Positions 1-7,345 of a stretch of 64,000 nt of DNA are shown piece by piece. How positions within the stretch are numbered: position 1 is the stretch's first letter; each line of letters starts with the position of its first letter. Source of the DNA: Candidatus Bilamarchaeum sp. (GTDB lineage Archaea > Micrarchaeota > Micrarchaeia > Anstonellales > Bilamarchaeaceae). The stretch is from NCBI GenBank assembly GCA_035455205.1, contig DATIFM010000008.1:110545-174544 (forward strand). The letters are read 5' to 3'. The notes beneath the pieces were generated by a model. That model was not told the DNA's origin, did not search any database, and saw nothing but the letters and a program-made list of their open reading frames with translations. Position numbers and translations under genes: made by a program.

Positions 1-923
1 TCCTCCTCGGTCTTGAGCCTGAGGCTGGAGTTGAGGAACTTGAGGCGCACGTCCTTGAGGTTCGTGTTGCCGTTGTTCACGAGCTCCAGCGTGAGGGTGC
101 TGTCCTTGCGCGTGAACATCTCGGTCTTCTGGTTGAAGTTGAGGTTCAGCTTCGCGTTGCGCACGGTCATGCGCATCGGGGTGGTCTCGACCTTTTTGTT
201 CCCCAGCTCGTCCTCGTAAGCGATGACGAAGGGGATGTCGACGGGGCCGTCTGAGGCAGAGCGCGAATCGAGCGTCACGTTCGCGTAGACGACGTCGGTT
301 ACGCTGCTGATGAATATTTCGTTCTGGCCGAACATCGCGACCGGGAACTTCGTGCCTGAGGGCCCGGTAGACACCGAGGAAGCGTTGAGTATCGTCGAGG
401 CGACATCGGGGTTTATGGAAATCCGCACGTTCTTGGCAACGCCGCCGTTATTGGTTATCTTGAGCGCCACATCGGTCGAGCCGCTCAGGACCTGGGCATC
501 GCTCGAAATCGAGAGAATCGGCTCGTTCACTATCGTTATTGGTATCGACGCGGTGTTGACGGAAGTCTGGGAACTCCCGGCGGTGTCCGCGCTCACGAAG
601 CCCCGGAACTCCACGTTAATGATGTAAATGCCGGGCTTGGCGTCGGCTTTCACCTTGAACGGAATCGACACTATGGCCGAGCCCCCAGCGCTTATGTCGG
701 CGAGCGTCGGCGCGCTAGTCACCAGAATCTCCGGGGGCGCGTTCACGGACATGGTGATGGCAGTGACGCGCTCGGCACCCGTTGGATTCGACACCGAGAC
801 CGTAGCCACGCCGGGGTCGCCCGGCTGGAAAATATCGCGGCTTACAGTGAAGCCGTTAACCGAAAGCCCGGCAAAGCACATGCCGAAGGCCAATAACGCC
901 AGCAACAAAACCTTAGACTTCAT
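1..923 (-). CDS. COG1361-like S-layer/surface protein (runs off the left edge of the window)
   Basis: Translated manually from ATG at 923: signal peptide MKSKVLLLALLAFGMCFA, then beta-rich Ig-like repeats (ITNNGGVAKNVRI, LVNNGNTNLKDV). No stop before position 1. Lies directly downstream of an ABC ATPase, a typical arrangement. Confidence 0.6.
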   Translation of the reverse strand, partial: MKSKVLLLALLAFGMCFAGLSVNGFTVSRDIFQPGDPGVATVSVSNPTGAERVTAITMSVNAPPEILVTSAPTLADISAGGSAIVSIPFKVKADAKPGIYIINVEFRGFVSADTAGSSQTSVNTASIPITIVNEPILSISSDAQVLSGSTDVALKITNNGGVAKNVRISINPDVASTILNASSVSTGPSGTKFPVAMFGQNEIFISSVTDVVYANVTLDSRSASDGPVDIPFVIAYEDELGNKKVETTPMRMTVRNAKLNLNFNQKTEMFTRKDSTLTLELVNNGNTNLKDVRLKFLNSSLRLKTEE

Positions 924-925
924 AT

Positions 926-1606
926 TCACACCTTCTCGATAAGACCATCCTTTATGCGTATGACACGGTCAGTCATCTTCGAGATGTACTGGTCGTGCGT
1001 AATTATGACAATCGTCCGCCCTTCCTCGTTCAGTTTCCCCAGTATCTGGAGTATCTCGTGCCCTGTCTTGGAGTCGAGGTTTCCCGTGGGCTCGTCGGCG
1101 AGTATCAGCTCGGGGTCGTTTATCAGGGCCCGCGCTATCGCGACCCTCTGCCTCTGCCCGCCCGAAAGCTCGCTCGGGTGGTGGTCGAGCCTTTCCCCGA
1201 GGCCGACGAGCTCGAGGAGCCGCCTTGCCTTCTCCCTCCGGTCATTCGCCCCGTCGCCCCTCAGCATGAGAGGCAGCTCGACGTTCTCGAGCGCCGTGAG
1301 GGAGGGTATGAGGTTGAACGTCTGGAATATGAAGCCGATTTTCTCCCCGCGGACGCGCGCCTGGTCGCCCTCGGGCATGGTGCTGGTGTCGATGCCGTCT
1401 ATGTAGCGCTTCCCGGAAGTCGGGGTGTCGAGGAGCCCGACAACATGGAGGAGAGTCGACTTCCCCGAGCCGCTCGGGCCGAGGATGGAAACGAACTCGC
1501 CTTTTTTCACCGAGAGCGATACGCCTCGGAGCGCTTCCACTGTGACGCCCTTGCCCATCGGGTAGACCTTCCGGATGTCCTCGAGCAGGATGACGGCGTC
1601 AGTCAT
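926..1606 (-). CDS. ABC transporter ATP-binding protein, LolD/MacB/SalX type
   Basis: Walker A GPSGSGKST, signature LSGGQRQRVAIARAL, Walker B ILADEPTGNLD, H-loop ITHD. Confidence 0.93.
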   Translation of the reverse strand: MTDAVILLEDIRKVYPMGKGVTVEALRGVSLSVKKGEFVSILGPSGSGKSTLLHVVGLLDTPTSGKRYIDGIDTSTMPEGDQARVRGEKIGFIFQTFNLIPSLTALENVELPLMLRGDGANDRREKARRLLELVGLGERLDHHPSELSGGQRQRVAIARALINDPELILADEPTGNLDSKTGHEILQILGKLNEEGRTIVIITHDQYISKMTDRVIRIKDGLIEKV

Positions 1607-1971
1607 TCCACCAGCTCCTTGAGGAACTGCCTCTTCAGTGGGCAGGCACGCATCTGCTTCTTGGCCTCCTTCATGGCCTCAGTCCCCTTCGCGGTGACGT
1701 GGTAAATCTTCCTCGCCCTCCTGCCATGCATCTCCTTCTTCTGCGCAATCAGGCCCCGGCCCGTCAGGTCCTTGAGGAGGGGATAGAGCTGGCTCGGGGT
1801 GAGGAAGCGGAAGCCCTCGGAACCCTCGATGCTCTTTATTATGTCGTAGCCGTGGATGGGCTTCTTCGAGATGAACCAGAGCAGGAAATGCGCGACCATG
1901 TGCTTGCGCATCTGCTTCTCGAACTCGCGGAACTTGCCGTCGGCGAGGAGTTTCTTGTCGGGCATATTCAT
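1603..1971 (-). CDS. PadR family transcriptional regulator
   Basis: LWFISKKPIHGYDIIK...LYPLLKDL...RRARKIYHVTAKG winged-helix pattern; 4-bp overlap with the ABC ATPase. Confidence 0.85.
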   Translation of the reverse strand: MNMPDKKLLADGKFREFEKQMRKHMVAHFLLWFISKKPIHGYDIIKSIEGSEGFRFLTPSQLYPLLKDLTGRGLIAQKKEMHGRRARKIYHVTAKGTEAMKEAKKQMRACPLKRQFLKELVE

Positions 1972-1990
1972 AGAATTCGATATATTCTAT
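1970..1990. promoter_or_regulatory. Candidate PadR operator, perfect 7-7-7 inverted repeat ATAGAAT-N7-ATTCTAT
   Basis: Perfect inverted repeat overlapping the PadR start region, beside an AT-rich TATA-like tract in the divergent padR/ahcY intergenic region. Confidence 0.45.
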
Positions 1991-2081
1991 TCCGGATATA
2001 TATTTAAGCTTATATGTCGGTTTCCTGCTGGTAAGTGCATCTGCGGCCTGATTTAAAATGATTATCAGGGGAAATCAGGTC

Positions 2082-3335
2082 ATGCCTGATTTTGAAGTCA
2101 AGGACATGTCGATGGCCGAAGCGGGGAAGCTCAATATCGAGTACGCCGAGAGGAACATGCCGATACTCATGTCGATACGCGCCAGGTTCGCGAGGGAAAA
2201 GCCGTTCCGCGGCATGGCCATCGGCCTTGCGCTCCACGTGACGAAGGAGACCGCAGTCCTCGTGCGCACTCTCGCGGCGGGCGGGGCGAAGGTGGCGATA
2301 GCCGGGTGCAACCCGCTCTCGACCCAGGATGACGTGGCGGCGGCCCTCGCGGATGAGGGCATATCGGTATACGCGAAGAAGGGCGAGTCGAAGGATGAAT
2401 ATTACGATTACATAGGGCGCGTCATCGGGCACGGGCCTGCAATCACAATAGATGACGGCTGCGACCTCGTGACCGCGCTCCATGAAAAGAAGCACGCCGG
2501 CGCGCTGGAAAAAGTCATCGGCGGCTGCGAAGAGACGACGACGGGCGTGATTAGGCTCCGGGCCATGGAGAAGGACGGCGCGCTGAAATACCCGGTCGTA
2601 GCGGTCAACGACAACAAGACCAAGCACCTCCTCGACAACTATTACGGGACCGGCCAGTCGTCGATAGACGGCATCCTCCGCGCGACCAACACGCTAATCG
2701 CCGGCAAGACCTTCGTGGTCTGCGGCTACGGCGACTGCGGGAGGGGGGTCGCGCAGAGGGCAAAGGGCATGGGCGCGAACGTGATAGTCACCGAAGTGGA
2801 CGCGTTCAGGGCGCTCCAGGCCGCCCTCGACGGCTTCAGGGTGATGCCGATAGCCGAGGCCTCGAAGTCGGGGGACATATTCCTTACGGTCACGGGGGGC
2901 AAGCACGCCATATCCGTTGCCGACATAAAGCGCATGAAGGACGGCGCGATACTCGCCAATGCCGGGCATTTCGACATCGAGATAGACGCCGCGGGGCTGA
3001 ACAGGGCCGCGAAGCCGCGCAGGATAAGGCCTTACCTTGACGAATACGACCTCGGCGGCAAGAAGGTCTACCTTTGCGGCGAGGGGAGGCTCGTGAACCT
3101 TGCCGCGGCCGAGGGGCACCCTTCGGAAGTGATGGCGACTTCCTTTGCCGGCCAGGCGTTCGCATGCGAATTCCTCGTGAAGAACAGGGGGAAGCTTGCG
3201 CCGGGCGTCGTAAGGCTCCCGGGGGAGATAGACGACAGGATAGCCGCCCTCCAGCTCGAGGCCATGGGGCTGAGGATAGACTCGCTCAGCGCCGAGCAGA
3301 AAAAGTACCTCGAAAGCTGGAAGGAAGGGACCTGA
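2082..3335 (+). CDS. ahcY: Adenosylhomocysteinase (S-adenosyl-L-homocysteine hydrolase)
   Basis: GCNPLSTQDDVAAAL, EETTTGVIRL, DNYYGTGQS, GYGDCGRG, NAGHFD, GHPSEVM. Start placed at MPDFEV (2082); the ORF could start at 2058. Confidence 0.96.
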   Translation: MPDFEVKDMSMAEAGKLNIEYAERNMPILMSIRARFAREKPFRGMAIGLALHVTKETAVLVRTLAAGGAKVAIAGCNPLSTQDDVAAALADEGISVYAKKGESKDEYYDYIGRVIGHGPAITIDDGCDLVTALHEKKHAGALEKVIGGCEETTTGVIRLRAMEKDGALKYPVVAVNDNKTKHLLDNYYGTGQSSIDGILRATNTLIAGKTFVVCGYGDCGRGVAQRAKGMGANVIVTEVDAFRALQAALDGFRVMPIAEASKSGDIFLTVTGGKHAISVADIKRMKDGAILANAGHFDIEIDAAGLNRAAKPRRIRPYLDEYDLGGKKVYLCGEGRLVNLAAAEGHPSEVMATSFAGQAFACEFLVKNRGKLAPGVVRLPGEIDDRIAALQLEAMGLRIDSLSAEQKKYLESWKEGT

Positions 3336-3344
3336 AAGTTCCGT

Positions 3345-3689
3345 TCATTTCTTCGATTCGTTGACAACGGTACAATCGTACTCGGAGCTGTCGAACGGAG
3401 GCGGAGTCTCGCCTGGCTCTACCATGTCGTCCCAGGAATATGACCGGGCGAGGGTCCCTTGCGCATCATAGATGAATGTCTCGCCGCTGAAGCCGCCGCT
3501 TCCCACGACGATGTATGCCCTGGCCGCGCCCTTCATGCAGTTGCTCAGGGTCGCCCCGAGGCCGCCTGAGTATTTCGAGCTGAGTTCGGCATATTTGGAG
3601 GCAGCCGCTTTCGGCACGCCGCCCTCCGGCGCTCCGGCGCAACCGGCGAGGAAGAGCCCCAGCAGGGCCAGCAAGACAATCAATCGCAT
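3345..3689 (-). CDS. Small secreted lipoprotein-like hypothetical protein
   Basis: MRLIVLLALLGLFLAGC lipobox-like signal peptide; fills the gap between ahcY and aIF-2beta. Confidence 0.6.
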   Translation of the reverse strand: MRLIVLLALLGLFLAGCAGAPEGGVPKAAASKYAELSSKYSGGLGATLSNCMKGAARAYIVVGSGGFSGETFIYDAQGTLARSYSWDDMVEPGETPPPFDSSEYDCTVVNESKK

Positions 3690-3796
3690 GGAATGAAAAA
3701 ACCGGATTAGTATAATAAGCATTGTCATTTTGTGCGGTCTGAAAGCGCCGGGCGTCAGGGAAATGGGCTTATAAACCGTGGCGTCGTTAAATATTC

Positions 3797-4207
3797 ATGA
3801 GTTCTGACGATTATGAAACCCTACTGGGGGAAGCGTACACGAAGCTACCCAAGGGCACAACCGGCGGCGAAAGGTTCGAGATGCCGAAGTTCGAGTTCTT
3901 CACCGAAGGGAACAAGACAATCATAAAGAATTTCAAGGCGGTTTCGGACAAGATACGCCGCGACACGGCAGTGGTGTCAAAGTACCTTTCCAAGGAGCTC
4001 GCCGTCCCCCTCGAAGTGCAGGGAGAGAGGCTCATCCTCCAGAGGAAGCTCACCGGCGACATGATTAACAGGAAGCTCGAGGAGTTCGTCCAGAAGTACG
4101 TCATGTGCAAGGAATGCAACAGGCCGGACACGAACATCGTCGAGCTGGGCCACGGCCACAAGCAGCTCGTATGCGAGGCCTGCGGCGCGAGGAAAGCGAT
4201 AAGATAA
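3797..4207 (+). CDS. eif2b: Translation initiation factor aIF-2 subunit beta
   Basis: ERFEMPK...EGNKTIIKNF, YLSKELA, C-terminal Zn ribbon CKECNRPDT...CEACGA. Confidence 0.93.
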   Translation: MSSDDYETLLGEAYTKLPKGTTGGERFEMPKFEFFTEGNKTIIKNFKAVSDKIRRDTAVVSKYLSKELAVPLEVQGERLILQRKLTGDMINRKLEEFVQKYVMCKECNRPDTNIVELGHGHKQLVCEACGARKAIR

Positions 4208-4285
4208 CCAGTATAGCACCGTTTTTGGGCGCTTAACAATTATGTTTTTGGTCCACCTTTTTTCTAAAAAGGTGGGGGTGATAGG

Positions 4286-4612
4286 TTGGGATATATTCCG
4301 CATAAGAAACCCGGAGGAGCTCCGCAGTTCAGCAAGGAAGAGGAAAGGAAAAGGCTCAAGTTCCCCAAGGAAGGGGAAGTCATGGGAGTCGTCCTTGGCC
4401 TCATGGGCGGCTCGAGGATGAGGGTCACGTGCAAGGACGGCAAGGAGAGGATGTGCCGGATTCCGGGCAAGCTCAAGAACAAGATATGGGTCAAGGAAGG
4501 CGACGTCGTCATAGTCAGGCCGTTCGCGATTCAGGGCGACACCAAGGGGGACATCATCTGGAGGTATTTCCCGCTCCAGGCAAGGATACTCAAGGAAGAA
4601 GGCTACATCTGA
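4286..4612 (+). CDS. eif1a: Translation initiation factor aIF-1A
   Basis: GVVLGLMGGSRMRVTCKDGKERMCRIPGKLKNKIWVKEGDVVIV...GDIIWRY. Confidence 0.93.
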   Translation: MGYIPHKKPGGAPQFSKEEERKRLKFPKEGEVMGVVLGLMGGSRMRVTCKDGKERMCRIPGKLKNKIWVKEGDVVIVRPFAIQGDTKGDIIWRYFPLQARILKEEGYI

Positions 4613-4676
4613 AAGAAACCTACGGTTTCTTTCGAACTTCCCTTTTTTACCCGGTTTCTTTCGAACTTCCCTTTTT
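4611..4676. repeat. 10-bp hairpin plus 25-bp direct repeat downstream of aIF-1A
   Basis: GAAAGAAACC-TAC-GGTTTCTTTC (4611-4633); CGGTTTCTTTCGAACTTCCCTTTTT at 4623-4647 and 4652-4676, each ending in a T-tract (terminator-like). Confidence 0.8.
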
Positions 4677-4710
4677 GCATGCTTATTAAGGCAAATGGAC
4701 AGAGTGTATC

Positions 4711-5454
4711 ATGGCCCGGAGGGTATCGAGGAGGAAGAAGCCGCTCAAAGAGGATTACCAGCTCAAGGAAAGGTTCAAGATAGAGAGCGAAGTCTTCGAC
4801 AAGAACTCCCTCCTCGACCTCTCGAAACTAATCAAGAAGGGCATCCTCGCCACCGTAGACTACCCTGTTTCCACGGGAAAGGAGGCGAACGTCTTCAGGG
4901 CCACCACTCCGGACGGCGCGTACGTGGCCGTCAAGATGTACAAGACCGAGACTGCCCCGTTTTTCCGTAAGGAGGAATACCTGGAGGCCGACCCCCGCTT
5001 CTCGCGGATAAAGTTCAGCGACAAGGAGATAGTCAAGGCGTTCGCGAGGAAGGAGTTCAAGAACCTCGAGATATGCCAGAAGGCAGGCGTGAATGCCCCG
5101 AGGCCCATATACCTCATAGGCAGGATAATCGTGATGAGCTTCCTCGGGGAGGGCGAGCTGCCATACCCTCCGATGAGCCTCGTCGGCCCCCTGCACGGCG
5201 AATCAGACCTGGACTCCATACTTGAGGACGTCCGGAAGATGTACAAGGCTGGCCTTGTCCACGCGGACCTGAGCGAGTATAACATCCTCATGGGGAAGGT
5301 GCCTTCGCTCATCGACTTCGGGCAGGGAGTGATAACGAGGCACCCCAATGCCGAGAAGTTCCTCGAGAGGGACGTTGCGATAGTCCTCAAGTATTTCGAC
5401 AGGCGTGGAATCAGGCGGGATTTGCACGAGACCCTGAAGAAGATAAGGGAATGA
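4711..5454 (+). CDS. rio1: RIO1-type serine/threonine protein kinase
   Basis: VSTGKEANVF, VAVKMY, LVHADLSEYNIL, IDFGQGV; adjacent to aIF-1A as commonly seen in archaea. Confidence 0.9.
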   Translation: MARRVSRRKKPLKEDYQLKERFKIESEVFDKNSLLDLSKLIKKGILATVDYPVSTGKEANVFRATTPDGAYVAVKMYKTETAPFFRKEEYLEADPRFSRIKFSDKEIVKAFARKEFKNLEICQKAGVNAPRPIYLIGRIIVMSFLGEGELPYPPMSLVGPLHGESDLDSILEDVRKMYKAGLVHADLSEYNILMGKVPSLIDFGQGVITRHPNAEKFLERDVAIVLKYFDRRGIRRDLHETLKKIRE

Positions 5455-5521
5455 AAAATCGGGGGGTGTGGCTAAGCCGGTCGGTTATCCAGTGCGAGCG
5501 ACAGCGAGCCAACAAAAAAAA

Positions 5522-7345
5522 TCACATCTTCTCCGGGCACTCTATCCCGAGCAGGCCGAGCGAGTTCCTGAGGACGATGCTCGTCGCGAGGGTTATCGCG
5601 AGCCGGCTCTTCCGGGTCTTCTCGTCCTTCTCGATGAGCACCGGTGAGGTCGTGTAGAACGAGCTGAACTCGGCCGCGAGTTCCAGAGAGTACTGCGTCA
5701 GGTGGTGCGGGGCGCGCTCCTTCGAGCACCGGGCCACAACATCGCCGAACTGGGCCATCTTCTTTATGAGCGCGCGCTCCGAGGCGTTGAACTGCACCTC
5801 CGAGGCCGATGGCTTTTCTCCGGTCTTGCCGAGTATGCCGCTCGTCCGGACATACGCATACTGGAGGTATGGCCCCGAGTCGCCTTCCATGTTCAATGCG
5901 TCCTCCCAGCGGAAAGTGATGCGCTTATCCGAGCTCGTCCGCAGGAACGTGAACTTTATCGCGGCGGGAGCGACTATTTTCGCGATTTTGGCCCGGTCGG
6001 CCTCCCCGACCTCCTCCTTTATCTTCTCCTTGACGCGGGACTCTGCCTCGGCAAGGAGTTCGTCGGCCGTGAACCCTATCCAGGTTCCCTTCCTTCCGGA
6101 GAACTTCTCTTCGGGGAGCCCCACGTGCTCGTACGAGAGGTGGTGAAGGCTGGAGGCCTGCTCGCGCAAGTTCAGGCGGCGCAGGACCTCGACGATGACG
6201 CGCTGGGGGTATTTCTGCTCCACCCCGATGACGTTTATGGCGCTCGAGGCGTGCCCGAAGTCCATCTCCTTTCCGGCAGGGGAGCTCTTGTAGGCGGTTT
6301 TCCCGTTCGGCTGCTTCATGAAGGGCTCGTACTTGAACTTCCCGAGCCTCCCGAACTTCCACAAATGGAATATCACGTCCTTGCCGGTGTAGACTGCTGT
6401 GCCGTCGCTCCGGATGAGGACCTTGTCCGGGTTCTCCATCTTCCCGAATTCCGCCTCGAAGTCGTCGCTTAGCTTCACCACCCAGCATCCGGCGTTCTTG
6501 CCCTCGGTCTCGTAGACGACGGCCTCGTTCTTCTTTATGTACTCGATGCCTTCATGGAAGATGTTCCTCAGGATGTCGCTCTCGAAAACGAGGACGTCGT
6601 GGTATATGCCGAAATTGAATGCGGTCTCGTACTGGGCAATCACGCATTTTTCGGCAAGGTCCCTGCCCGCGCGGGCGATGTCGTTGTCGCCCTCCTCCAT
6701 CTGCTTCAGGGTGTCGCGGACGCCCTCGATGACGACCTTGTCGGTCTCGAGGCGCTTCGCGATGCCGACATACTGCTGGCCGAGCCACAAATCGAATTTT
6801 CCCTTCGGGTTGGAGTCGAAATTCAGGAACCCCCAAAGGCTCTGGGCGACCTGCAGCCCCAGGTCGTCTATATAGTCCATGCGCTCGACAGGGTGCCCGT
6901 CGAACTCGAGAATCCTCGCCACAGAGTCGCCGAGTATCGCGTTCCGGAGGTGGCCGATGTGCCAGGGCTTGTTAGGGTTGACCGAAGGGAACTCGATGAT
7001 CACCTTTCCGGGTTTCTTCTTCCCGGAGCCGAAGCGCTCCTTCTTCTTCAGGACGTCGGAAAGTATCGCCGAGAAGGCCGCGTCGCTCAGCGTGAAGTTG
7101 ATGTAAGGCCCCGCGGCCTCGATTTTCCCGAAGTTCCCGGTCTTCTCCAGCTTTCCGGCTATTTCGAGCGCGAGCTTGGCAGGGTTCTCCTTTTTCTCTT
7201 TTGCGAGCATGAACGCTATGCGGGACGAGACGTCCCCGATTTTTCCCATCTCGAGCGAGGATTCGGCAACTTCTGCACTGCACCCTGCGGCCCGGGCAAT
7301 CATCCTGGCAAGCTCGTCCTTCATCTCTTCAAGCAATTTTGACAC
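5522..7345 (-). CDS. argS: Arginine--tRNA ligase
   Basis: AAGPYINF, EFPSVNPNKPWHIGHLRNAILGD, RSDGTAVY, KFSGRKG, GDSGPYLQYAYVR, C-terminal DALR-like domain. Confidence 0.94.
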   Translation of the reverse strand: MSKLLEEMKDELARMIARAAGCSAEVAESSLEMGKIGDVSSRIAFMLAKEKKENPAKLALEIAGKLEKTGNFGKIEAAGPYINFTLSDAAFSAILSDVLKKKERFGSGKKKPGKVIIEFPSVNPNKPWHIGHLRNAILGDSVARILEFDGHPVERMDYIDDLGLQVAQSLWGFLNFDSNPKGKFDLWLGQQYVGIAKRLETDKVVIEGVRDTLKQMEEGDNDIARAGRDLAEKCVIAQYETAFNFGIYHDVLVFESDILRNIFHEGIEYIKKNEAVVYETEGKNAGCWVVKLSDDFEAEFGKMENPDKVLIRSDGTAVYTGKDVIFHLWKFGRLGKFKYEPFMKQPNGKTAYKSSPAGKEMDFGHASSAINVIGVEQKYPQRVIVEVLRRLNLREQASSLHHLSYEHVGLPEEKFSGRKGTWIGFTADELLAEAESRVKEKIKEEVGEADRAKIAKIVAPAAIKFTFLRTSSDKRITFRWEDALNMEGDSGPYLQYAYVRTSGILGKTGEKPSASEVQFNASERALIKKMAQFGDVVARCSKERAPHHLTQYSLELAAEFSSFYTTSPVLIEKDEKTRKSRLAITLATSIVLRNSLGLLGIECPEKM

